From: Carcharhinus longimanus
Lineage: Eukaryota
Direction of reading: 5' to 3'
Assembly (NCBI GenBank): GCA_030264375.1
Contig: JASCQW010000099.1
Location: forward strand, 52,897,722-52,961,721
Length of the DNA stretch: 64,000 nucleotides
The position numbers were made by a program, and so were the translations under genes. Below, in pieces: positions 25,417 through 37,100 of the stretch. The notes under the pieces were generated by a model, which was given only the letters and a program-made list of their open reading frames with translations, did not search any database and was not told the DNA's origin. How positions within the stretch are numbered: the first letter of the stretch is position 1; each line of letters begins with the position of its first letter.

Positions 25417-27689
25417 AGATCTCTTTTCGCCTATTTCCAAACAAAAAAGTTTTTCCCTAAAACAGACCTCAATTGTGCTGCAGATTTCAATAAACACGTG
25501 CAAGACTTGCTGGTGGTCTTGTTGGAGAGTTTCATTCACACTTCCACTTACCTCAGAAATAAAATGCACAGGATGTCTTTCACTGTCATACTCCTGCAGT
25601 CTGCGAAAAAAAACGCCAGGCTCTACACCTGTTCGGTTTTTGTGCTAAGCATAGAGTGGCATTTCATCACAATCACTGTTTAACTGAATGTTTAGCCTTA
25701 GCATCTTGCACCATGCTGTCAGCTAGCAGCGGGGAGTCATGGAGTTGTTGGCACATTTGATTTTACTGCCATTAAGAAAGCGACTTTATACACTGATTGT
25801 CCCAGGGCCTGTTTCAGAGACTCCACGGTAACCACCTTCGCTTTTTTTTATGATGACACTGTGACAAGGTGATTTTATACACTTGGATTTAGTAATAAAG
25901 ATGTCAGTCAGACTAAGAACCATCAGGGCTCCTAATGAATTCATCCGGGGAGGGGGGGGGAAGGTGGGTGGGGGTTGCGGGGAGATGCTGGGGTCTTCTC
26001 ACACATGTACATTTAAAGGGTCACAGAGAGATGGAACTAAAGTGTAATTAAAGCCTATTTCATTAGGAGGGGAAGCTGATAGGATATAACAAGACTGTAA
26101 AAAAAAAGCCTATTTCCTGTGGCTCGAGTATGAAAGACATGTCTTTAACCAGATCAGATTCTATAAATTGGTTGTCAAGAAAGGATTGTTGAGATTTATA
26201 CCCATCTATCAACCTACAGAGGTAGCTGTGGCAGGGCAGGCTGCTGCGACTCCCATCTGTAAAGCATCTTAAATCTGAAGAAGGCCATCTGCTAGAACAA
26301 ATGCCTCAAAAGCAAATTTGAGTTATTGTTTATTGACTTAAAAAAATTGCAGTGCTCAAATGCTAACTCAGTGAGTAGTTTTGAGACAATTTCTAAATAA
26401 AGCTGTTTAAATTCTTCCGCAAAAGATCTGCAATCTCATTCCTATAAGTGGCAGGACCATTGCATTACTTGCAACATGAATCAGTTCAGCTCTGAGTAAT
26501 TCATAACATATTTCACTGTGAGCCATGATGAAAATACATACGGCACACACATATGCATAAAATACAATGTGCGCAGCCTTTAACACAAGTCCAGATTTTG
26601 TATAATTTTGCTAATTGACCCACTCAGTTGGCATTGGCACTTTCACTTCCTTCCTTATAGAATTGACAAAGCACAGGGAAGCATGGTTGCCTCCCTGCAC
26701 CACAGACAAGATGGAATTTTTTATACATTTGATCCACAAATAAAATGTGCTCATTTAACGAACAAGGGTCTTTGCTCGCAGAATTTATTTGGTAGTTACA
26801 AAAATTGAGTAACTTAATGCACTCTCCACACAGCACATGGGTGATAAATGTTAAAATGCTAGTGTTATAAAGGTAGAAAATAACCTGAGAAAACGGCTCA
26901 AAATATGAATCATCCAAGATGGCTAGGATCTTAGCATCATGAGCAGCATTTCTAATGAAGCTCAAGTATGTATGTGCTAGTTTACATGCTGCAATTCAGT
27001 TCAGTCTATCACTAAGAATATAAACCGGGCCCCATTCTTAACTGGGGCACAGAAGCAATGGGCAACATCTTGGGTTTTAGTACGAAATTAGAATTAACTC
27101 CGTTTTTGCAGCTACATGCAATGGTTTTCTCTTTCCAATTAAGTCCCCATCAAGTTTTGTCATTGCAAAATGTCGCTGCTACTGTACTTAGCTTTGTGAA
27201 GAATCTTGCCATCTAATTCAGTGCCAGAAGGTTTACCCCTGATATATAATCAAGTGGCCCCTGCTGAAAGTGCAAATTATTAATGGAGGAGTGGGGGGGG
27301 TCTTCGAAACCCCACCCCTATGCTGTCAAATGCTGGTCAAGATGAAGCATGCATATTCAATAGCTATCTGAAATACGGGCTAACAACGAAAACAAATGTT
27401 CTCACAATCTTTCTTCCTTCTGGACAACAGAATAAGAAACTACTTCTTAAATGTGTGTGTTTGTGTGGTGTCTGTGAGTGAATAAGAGAGTGGCTTTCGT
27501 GCCAATACAAAATGGCAGAGGTTCCAGCGTGTGGTCCACTTCCAATAGTTTTGTACAGAATTTACGTTTAGGCATTTCATTTCACACATAAATAATTGAA
27601 TAAGTGTTACAGGTTGACCATTCGAAGAAAGGAAGAGAAGAACAAGTTCAGCTTCAGTTGCTGTGAACAGCCATTCAGTTTGAAATTAC

Positions 27690-28430
27690 AGCAGGATTTT
27701 ATGGGGTGGTAGTGGTCCCATCCACTGGCTGGGACGTGTCGGGGGTGGTGGTGGAATGCAGCTTCCACCAGTCATGGAATTCCGGAATGGTGGGATCAAT
27801 TGCCTGCAGTCGGGGCTTCCGCTCCTCTCGGGGATGAGGCCCCACCCCTAAGAGCTGTCTGCCAATCGAACATTTGACAGCTCTTCAGTCCCAGCACTAC
27901 AGCAGCAGACCCACAGCAGTTGCCATGGTGATGGTCCCAGAGTACAAGCAAGTTTGGGGGACTCTCAGGTCTGATCAGGCAGGCCCTGGTGAACGGATGG
28001 AGTTGGGGCCATTCATGGGATGTTGTGTTTTGGGGCGTGGGAGGGTAAGGGACAGGGTGCTTTGGATCTTTCAATGTGGATAAACATTATAAACATTGCC
28101 ACGGTGAGTGGCGGGAGGAGTTGTTGGTCTGGGGATCTTCAGTAGGCCACAGGATGCCCCATCAGAATAGCCCAATCTCTGAGCATGCAAGGAGGCTGCC
28201 AAGATCTTCCCAAATGGTCATGTCCCCATCTGCCTGCTGCTGGTATAAACTAGTAGAAGGGGGACATATTGGTTGGCCCTTAAGTGACCACTTAAGGTCT
28301 TCAATTGGTCCAAGGACAGGTAGGCTTCCTCACCACTGATAAAATGCCAAATTGGGAAGGAGAAAGGCTCGTCACTCCTGATATTCCACCTTATTTAATA
28401 TCCCCACCACCCAGCCACACTGCCTCCCAA
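27690..28430. mobile_element. GC-rich degenerate non-autonomous DNA element
   Basis: Begins gcaggattttatg (Harbinger-MITE-like terminus), has elevated GC, and shows patchy similarity to 2240-2750. Confidence 0.45.
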
Positions 28431-28613
28431 GTCACTCCTGGCTAATGGTTTTGTACTCCTTGGAAGATTCTGGATGTTAGACTGAACTGATGTTACATTG
28501 CATTGAAATATTAACTGTGAATGGCATTCTGGAGTCTCACACAAATGGAAATGAAGATACATGAGATTGCACATCCAGATTTCCCATTATCTAAACAATG
28601 AAAAAAGCACTCA

Positions 28614-29976
28614 GGCCTGAATTTTACCAAGGACGGAGATCCTCTCCTTCATTGTGAAAGCAACAGAACAAGCCAAAATCAGGATGTCCTACCGCCAAAC
28701 ACAACACTTGCTATAACTGCAGGGGTGGGAATGGGCCCAGACCAGGTTTGCACATGTGCATTTTGTGGAAGTAGTTGGCCATATAAAACAGCAATTGTTT
28801 CCAGTCATATTTGATTTTTGTTGGCCAAGAGTGGGAAACATGACATGTGCAGATTAAACCTGGTAAAAGTAGGTCTAAACTTTGTGCAGTTAGTGTGTCC
28901 TTTTGGGGAGGTAGTCTACCCCTTTGGATATGGCTCCATGACACTGTTGGGGGAGGTAAAGTGCCCTTTCAAAAGTACCCTTTGGGGTTGTTAAAAGTGT
29001 GCAAAAGTACATAAACCCATTGCAACTGTCAAGAAAGTTGTCAAGAGGAACAGGCAAGAGAACTGTCAAAAGCAACTCAAGGGATGTCAAGGCCTTTAAA
29101 ACTCCTGCCCTTTAAATCTTTGAAAAAGCAGTACGGACTATTAAAGTAAAGTTGATTGTTATTTCACTCTGTCCATTGACGTAAGCCTAAGGACTTTCAT
29201 TACTAGATGTGCCGCATGACCGACTTCACAACCTTCCATTATCATGTGGGGTGCCTCCCATTTCAGTTTTATTGACAGCTCCAAGTGCCTCCAGACTCAG
29301 GGACTTTGAATTCCAATGATTTGTTTTTATATAAGGGACTAAAGCATTTTAATGAAATGTTTGTTCTTAACCAGGGATGTAAATTTTAGTGAATGGATTA
29401 TACAGGTGAGAACTCCTTAACAGAAAGTCTGAAATAGACACTTGGAACTTTATCTTATTTAATACCGACACGGCTTTTGAGGTCTGCCATGGTGGATACT
29501 GGATGAGTTGGCATGGTAGGTGTAACAGCAAGGGGAACATGGGTTGGCACTAAGTTAGCACTAACTTGGCATGGGGTGATAAGGGCCACGGGAGTGTTGA
29601 GAGGGTGGTGTTTACATGGAGAGTATGCGGGGTTATGCGGGGTGGGTAGAGGTGGCAGGGGTTGGCATGGATGGAGAATATGTGGTGGTCAGGGTGGCTC
29701 AGGGGATGTGAAAAGTCAGAGTTGAGTGCTGCTTATTGTTTAAACACTTTTTGAAAAATTTTTGACAAAGCGCCAGTGCACTGAGGCCAGCTTTCCGTGC
29801 CGTTCACCTCGGTATCTGACACCTTCTGCATTTGTTCCGGGATCACCCGTCCTGACGGAATCCTACGACCCCGAAACAAACATTGCAANNNNNNNNNNNN
29901 NNNNNNNNNNNNNNNNNNNNAGAGCCGAGAAATGCCCTAACTCTGCACTCCCAATCCAAGAACAAAAATTCATGCC
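28614..29976. mobile_element. Non-autonomous PIF/Harbinger-like element with TIRs and a 3-bp TSD
   Basis: tca|GGCCTGAATTTT ... AAAATTCATGCC|tca (TIR 11/12 identical, TCA duplicated). The interior is homologous to 54830-56140. Confidence 0.75.
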
Positions 29977-30540
29977 TCACGTCCACTTTTGCAAGAGGTA
30001 TACTTGTACTTAGTATAAGTTTGATTGTAAATCCAATGGAACAACTTATATTTCCTAACACATACAAGGCTCTATTGGGTTCCAGTTCACAATGTGATCA
30101 CTATTACATTATTTGTTACAGTGTTCATGTAAGTCTACTTGTGACTAATAAATAATAAATTAAAAACTTCCTTATTTGCAGCATGACCTGTACGTATAGA
30201 TTCCACAACATTCAAATAGACTTCATATTAGCCCAACATTCTACTATCTTGTAGTTTGTAAGGTACATCAAAATATAGTCAACTTATCTATTACTTTAGA
30301 TTTATACTTTCATGCTTATCAATTTAAGCAGTGTGAAATATAACTCCCGTAATTGCATTACATTTTTAAGTTCCAAACTAATTTTTTCATGGTTAGTTTA
30401 ATAGGTAAGTATTAGATTGCAGCAGATTTAAATTGTGCCTACAAATTTATCATGTGCTATTATTTCTACCTTCCCCTCGCATACTTGGGTGGAATTCTCC
30501 AACGAAAAAGGCAAAGTGTCAGGTTCAGTTAGAAAATTAT

Positions 30541-31060
30541 TAGGTGGAATTTTCCAGTCCTGCCCGCCACGGGAATCGTAGTGAGTGGGGGCGGACCATC
30601 CATTGATCTGAGGCGGGAATTTCCGGCACTGAGGGCAAGCACTGCTATTGTGTTCCCCCACCTTCCCCCCCACCACCTCCCCCCTCCCCCCCAAAGAAAC
30701 CAGCAAGTTTCCCGACAAGGGCCGAATTCTCCGGCCATTCACACCCTGCTGCCAAATCTCCGCTCACTGCAGCAGGACCAGAAAATCCCACTGGCGTGAA
30801 CAACTGGAGAATCCCGCCCAAGATTTTCAGATTGTGACCTTTCGTCACAACTTACATCACGACCAATTTTCTGCCTCCTGTCCTCCAGGCCCTTGGTGGG
30901 TTTCTAGTAGCGGGAGGTATGTTGTCATTGGCCTGTGGGTTCTCTGGTGACACAGCCGACAAGCAATGCAAACGAGCATTGATTTCGGTAGGACCAAAGT
31001 TCTTGCCACCAGCCAATGCTGAGCTGCCTCTGCCACGGGATATCCGGAAAATCCTAACCA
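30541..31060. mobile_element. Cluster of nested or tandem MITEs
   Basis: Multiple termini: ggtggaattttcc (30543), gggccgaattctcc (about 30719), ggagaatcccgccc (about 30818), cggaaaatcctaacc (about 31059). Confidence 0.65.
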
Positions 31061-31199
31061 TTAACTTCATTTCTCCCTCCAGAGATTCTACCAGAATTAC
31101 TTCTTATTAATGATTTGTAACACACATAAATTTCACAAAAGTCTATAAGCACAATTTTAACAACCTTTCCAGTAGTATCAGATCACAACTGTTAAGCGA

Positions 31200-31310
31200 T
31201 CTCATGGTATGAGCTTGCTGTGCGTAAAGAGTCATGTTTGCCTACATTACAACAATGGTTACAATTTTAAAAATCAATCACTGGTTGTAAAGTGTTTTGA
31301 CCCTGAGGAT
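31200..31310 (+). mobile_element. Deu-SINE/AmnSINE1-like 3' fragment
   Basis: cttgctgtgcgtaaa...tttgcctacattacaacaatggttaca...ctggttgtaaagtgtttt resembles the recalled Deu-domain/tail consensus. Confidence 0.55.
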
Positions 31311-31785
31311 TTTTCCTTTCTTTATGAATAATCCTGATCTTCAGTGTATAATCGCTTAAGATACACATTTGCTCATCCTTCCTTGCAGAGGCTTTGGTAG
31401 AACGTGTTGGTTCAGTAATAGTATAGTGTGCAAATGACACTATTTTCTAAATTCCATTTCTTCCAAATGTTGTTAGGGATCTTTCAAAAAAACTGGGGGC
31501 TAAATTGGACGTTCCCTGAAAATAGGTGTGGGGATCACAAAGCCTGATATATCCATACCCGCAGATTGCAAAATCAGCAGGTATGCCAAATTAGTGCTGT
31601 CTGCACTGTTCAGAAGTGTCTTGGTCCAGCCAATGCTAACCATGCTGTTCTTCGACTGGGGGCATCAGCTGGGGATCAATATCATGAAGAACCACCGAGC
31701 AATATTAAAACGAGCCTGCGGCCTTAAAAGGTGGGGCAGTGCTGAGTGTCATGGTTGAAGAGAATTTGACCTAGAAAGAATAAGC

Positions 31786-32060
31786 ATGACACAACCAAAA
31801 GGATACGGGGTCTCCAAAGTTTTCAGAGGCTGCACTGGAGATTCTGGTGTAGAAGGTAGAAAGGAGGAACGATGTCCTGTGTCCACTAGGGGAATGGCTG
31901 CATCATCCACATTCTCAAAAGGTATTAGGAGCAGGTAACCTTGGAAGCTAATGCCTGGTGGTCAATGTCTTGAGGTCAATGCCAGGAATCAGTAGGACGT
32001 TCCATAATTAAGGACCTGGATGCGGTGCTGCAAAAAGTTCAATGACCTCACACAAATGGC
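31786..32060 (+). pseudogene. Harbinger Myb/SANT-like DNA-binding protein, N-terminal domain (disrupted)
   Basis: PKFSEAALEILV*KVERRNDVLCP ... RTWMRCCKKFNDLT, typical of the Harbinger/NAIF1-type trihelix domain; contains stops and frameshifts. Confidence 0.8.
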
Positions 32061-33627
32061 CAACCAGCAAGGATGGCAAGGCCAAGGCTTGCTTTCACAT
32101 TCGCATCCATCAGCTCAGATACTGACACTCAGCATACCTTAGAGAATGCATTAGAGGAGGGATCTACATATGATGAGACGCTGGGTACAAGTGGGCTGTA
32201 ATCAGGGCCGGGACAAGGACAGCACAAGTGCCAACTCAAACAGAGGGTGAGGTCTCACCTGACTTCCACTGCAGAGGACTCAGATGGGGACTTCACAGAG
32301 GCAGAAGAACACTGATCACGATGCACCACAGAATGTCCGGGGCATTGGCAAGCCTGCCAGAAAGCCCACATTCAAAATCAAAGATCATGGAGATGTGCAG
32401 CACCAGTCTGGTACAGGGTTGTGCGCAGACCTTGGAAGTGACGGCCAACTCTGTTTTCACAGGGTTCGATCCAACCATGATGCAGCTTCCATAGCTACCA
32501 GACAGCAACCAACCAATGTCAGAGTGCTGCAGGGAGAGCTCAGACTGTTGTCACGCAAGGTTAACTTACTGCCATGCAAGCGCAGGCTGCTGTCACCGAG
32601 GCTATGGATTAGTGTTCAATGAGATTTGCAGAGTGTCAGAGCCATTCAGAAATCTGTGTTCCAACAGATCAGTCAGATTACTAAGGTGTTGCCTTGGGGC
32701 ATGGCAGTGACTTCATGGAGAATGTACTTGCTATCCTCTCTCAGAATGACAGCATTTGCCCTCCCGCCCCTGTCACTCTGCCCATGTCTTGCTGATGCCA
32801 GCCTGCCACACTGCTGCTACCCGTACAGAGATGTTGCACTCCACAGCCAGCAGGCTAGAGATGCCCAAAGTTATTCTTCAAAGCTACCCGTAGTTTCCTT
32901 TACTGAAAGTCAGTGGCCTCTCTCCAGCTATGCTGCTGCCAAAAGGGTGGCACTATGTAGCAATGGGACAGACTAAGGCACATGGAAGATAAGCACTAAG
33001 TGAAGCGCAAAGGGGGAGTGGTGAACATTTGCATATGATATGGCATGATTTCATTTACAAATTTCATTTGGAATGTTTACTTTGTGCTGAATTTAATTTT
33101 TGCATTGTGACCAAGGGGATACTGTGAAGGTCATTGATGGAGGGCAGACAAGAATACGGGGCTGTTGGTGAGTGATAGATTAGGATCCTGGCATTGCTGT
33201 TGAATGAGTTTGTCATGGGCAGCCCAGGCAGAAAGATTCCATTCCCCTTGTTCCTCCTCCTCTCGTATACCTGCCTCTCGGCTGGTCGCTGTATAGCTGG
33301 TTACATGGGCCATTCCCTCATGCTGAAGAGGTTGAATAGCATCCAGCAGACCACCGTGAAGTCGAATATTGTAGTGTTCCTCCAAAGTGGTATGGGCAAC
33401 ATAAGCATGCCAATGCTTTGCTCTATCACACTGCATATGGTAGTGTGGCTTTCATTGCTGGCATGCTGCGATTGTCAACTGTTGCAGAATGAAGGCATCA
33501 CAACAACCGCCAACATTCTCTGCATTGAGTTGCATGATTCACTACATTTGGTCTTGCATTATCTGGACCTTGCAGGTAGTGTAATCTCTTTCAGTTCTGG
33601 ACAGAAGTGACATGTTGAGTAGAGTTT

Positions 33628-33730
33628 AGATGAAAGGTCATCGCCCCGATGCATTAATGCTGTTTCTTACCACAGATGCTGCCTGACCTGCTGAGTATTT
33701 CCATCACTTTCTATTTTCATTTCAGAGTTT
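33628..33730 (+). repeat. Short abundant elasmobranch repeat inserted in the transposase (family uncertain)
   Basis: gatgaaaggtcatc...ccacagatgctgcctgacctgctgagtatttccatcactttctattttcatttcaga interrupts the transposase motifs; a similar relic lies near 35890-35950. Confidence 0.55.
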
Positions 33731-34015
33731 AAGTGTGTTCCTGCAGGGCCGTGTGTGTGTAGTGGATGGTACCTTGCATCTTGGGGAAGTGTTGCATATT
33801 CACTCTACCTGCTCATCTCTTTTTGAGTAGAGAGTGTCAATGACCTCCCTTGTGTAACAGCAGATAACAAACTGCAAGTTGTTGCACATTTCTTCAGCTC
33901 CAGCCTGGAAGGAGTTAGGCGCGTAAAAGTCATGGTCACCGTGACAGTGGCTACAATGAGGCCCTTCCCCTGCTGGGAGGTTGCAGTTATGACTGCAATT
34001 GGTGACTGATTTCAG

Positions 34016-34136
34016 TGAATTCTACCATCTCGCCCGCCACGGAACCGGAGTGAGCGAGGGGTGGACAACGGAAATGTCTATTGAACTTGGGTGGGAATTT
34101 CCAGTCTCGCTCCAGCGAGGCCTTAAAATCCCGCCC
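34016..34136. mobile_element. MITE inserted in the Harbinger transposase 5' region
   Basis: gaattctaccatctcgcccgccacggaacc...taaaatcccgccc; same family as 30541 and 23705. Confidence 0.7.
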
Positions 34137-37100
34137 ATTGTTTCCTGCTGAGGATAAAGTAAAAGAATTGCTCCCTGAATACAGTGAAAGCTATGGCTTT
34201 CTCTGTCCCCTCCTTCTCCCTCTTCCAGCAATATGTCCTGCTCTGTGTGATCCTTGTTCTTTCTCCAAGTCATATTCTATTCCCAAAGAAAACCATTAGT
34301 TTACCAATGTCTGGGAGAAACTAGTTTGAGCAGAAGCCTTGAAGTTAGAAAAGGCTTATGTCAGCACCTTCACTTCATATAGACTTTTGCAATTTATAAC
34401 AACTATAGGAAGCACCAAACACCTATAGAATCTTGGCAGCAATGGAAGAAATCAACCAGCAACTAACCTGGAAGTAGTTGGTAATCTTTTTAAATAGCAT
34501 GCATGTGGTATCCTTCCTGATATTGAATGTGTTGAGCTTTGCAGGCATGAGAGAGGGTGGCGCTGAGCTTCAAAATGGCAGTGATGTACGCTATGCATCG
34601 TCTTGATCTGCCTTCTCTACATAGTTCTGGCCAATGTCCATCATGTGCACTCTAATGCCCTCACCTGATATTGTGCTGAATGCAATTTGCTCCTCAAGTG
34701 TGCGCTCGAACATGTGCCGCAGACCCATTTTAAGGCTCTCCGAGCACTCGGAGCACCCCAAAAAGCAGGCACTAACGAGCACAAATTCTCACCCAATGCT
34801 GCTTTACCCACACATGCAATGCCACGATCTGTCCCCCCACCACCACCACCCCCACCCCCACCCCCAGATGTCTAACACAAAAGGTTAGAAGCAATTTTGC
34901 ATGACCAATCCTTCTCTTTTGTGGCTAAATGAAGCTTTTACAAATGACAGTAGATTTAACTTAATCTACTTGACAAAACAGGCAGTCACTGCTATATTTT
35001 GGAGGCCTTGCTAAAAATGCTAATACCTAATTCTGTGCTTATCTGAATTAAAAGCAAAAAGTACTTTTTTAAATTAAATTAGTTGTGATAAGACATTTTG
35101 TGAATCTCCTTCTCTTCATTAGTCATTGCCTCTTTGTTCCCCCATCTGTGTAGCAGCAATACACTTATTACAGTTTCAGTAAATTTACAGTAACAAGACA
35201 TTCCCTTGACAAATTAATCACTTTCCAAGCATTTTATCATATAAATAAAATATCACCTCTGGAGGGAAATCAGTTAAATCAGTTGATTTAACCCATCTAT
35301 CAGTAAAAGCCTAACGTCTTCCTATTTTTCCAAAACAGATGGACTTTTCTTCTGACCAGGGACTATTATAACGCACTTCAGAATTGAAGGGGCTAGGTGC
35401 GGATTGCTGAACATGTAAGGAATGACAGTACATGGAGCTGTAGTTAGTGAAGCGGAGGGTGGGGGTGGGTCACAAAATATGCAGAATATCGTACGGCCCA
35501 TAGTGGGGCTTTTCATCTGAATTGATCTTAATAGGTTTGACGTGTACAAACCCAAAGGAGAAGCCAATCGCAAAGCACTCCTTTCACAGCTAGTCCTCAT
35601 GGCAGTAAGGCACCAGAACCCTTCACAGAGCATGAACTGATGTTATTTTCCATATCGTGAAAATTAATCGACAATCTGATATGCGCAAAAAAGGGAATCA
35701 ATTCCTTCCTCTGGGCCGAAGGTGAAAATATTCTCTTACGTGTACAGCTGCACACTGTTGGTTATAAAAAGATAAAAATTAAATGGTGGCTGGTACAAAA
35801 TAAGAATCGACAGTGCTGCAAGCTAACAGCAGTTTTGGCTCGTATCAGAAGATAAAAGATGACTTCCAATGCAGAAACATGAATCTACCCTTTTCTCTTT
35901 CAGATGCTGATGGTCCTCCAGTGTACTTACAAGCATTTTCAATTTCTATTCACTGGCTGAAGTGTGAACTGTGCTCCTAAGATATATTACACTGCATGCC
36001 AAATCTTATGATGTGCAGTGACAATATCTTAAGACATCTATGCCGCAGACTGTTTTCAAGGAATGTTTGAACCTATCGCTTGAACCAACTTCTTTTTTTA
36101 TATTTGATCAGCTCACGTGGAGAACTGCTTTACAAGCAATACTCTTCACTTCAACCCAAACATGAATATTCAAAACTCTCTTCAGCAGTTTAGTGATTTC
36201 GGGTTAATGAAATCTGACAGTATACAGCACATCACAATTTTCGGCTAGTGCCTGGTTATTTCCTAAACTACTTGCCCTGGTTGTCTGAAGGATTAAAGAG
36301 GTTCTGCCTTCTGCCGGGCCAGCAGCTGTGATAATATAATTGGTTGCATTATTTCAAGGCTAGAAGGATGAATATTAACAATAGTCAATCAGGGAACTCA
36401 CTCCTCCTTGCAATTCAGTAACTCATTCAAGAAGCTAGGTGTGTGTTGAATCTTGCTTTGTCATGATGTCTCTTGCAGTTGAATAGCCCTCCATCACTCA
36501 CTGTCCAAGACTCTTACATTTCAACAAGGTACTACTGCAGGATGTTGACCCCTCAGAAATATGGCCCCACAAAATATCTGTCTTGCGGTGAGGGAGAGAG
36601 AAAATGTTGAAAAAGTAAGTTACTATACTAACTAAAAGGAGCTAATGTGGCTTAACCAGGTAGGAGGCATACAGCTCCACCAGATTCACTTGCAGTAGCA
36701 GACGGATCACGAATCAGGATTTTAAAAGATGGCAACTTTGTTATTGCTGAGCTTTCAATGGGGATGGTTCTCAACTCTGGCCTAATATGGGTATGAAGTC
36801 AGTTGTGTAACCATGGAACAACCCAAGACCACAGCCCAGAGTCCAATCCATTCTGAGGTTTGGACATCATTTAAAATTTCTAATCACTGAGCTGCGGGCA
36901 GTACCATTTAAGTCACGAGTTAGTGACATAAAAATGATCTAGTAGCCTCTAGTGGCTAAACATGGGTATTAACACTGCAGCAAAATGCATTTGCAGTTGG
37001 TCCATCAAACTTCACGCCAAGAAATTTGACTCACACCCTCCAATAGCTGAAAATATTGTAAGAATGCTGATTTTCAGATCACGTTCTGTTCGGTGTGAAC

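Larger units (their letters stand above)
33200..34260 (-). pseudogene. Harbinger (HARBI1-like) DDE transposase, disrupted
   Basis: Ordered motifs on the minus strand: FYAPNSFQAGAEEMC...EVIDTLY; FPKMQGTIHYTHT (cf. FPxVxGAIDCTH); GCCDAFILQQ (cf. GSxHDAFI); NESHTTICSVIEQSIGML; GGTLQY; VVCWMLFN. Confidence 0.85.
31496..34694. mobile_element. Decayed autonomous-type PIF/Harbinger transposon (convergent Myb/SANT-like gene and transposase)
   Basis: Both Harbinger genes are recognisable as pseudogenes. Putative imperfect termini ggggctaaattg (31496) and caatttgctcct (34694); the boundaries are uncertain. Confidence 0.8.

Noticed and set aside
33125-33133. Perfect ERRE TGAAGGTCA
   Set aside because: About two such 8-base-specified matches are expected by chance in 64 kb on both strands, and it lies inside a decayed transposon.
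33200-34260. Domesticated HARBI1/NAIF1-like host genes
   Set aside because: Multiple stops, frameshifts, nested insertions and a lost catalytic motif indicate a dead transposon.
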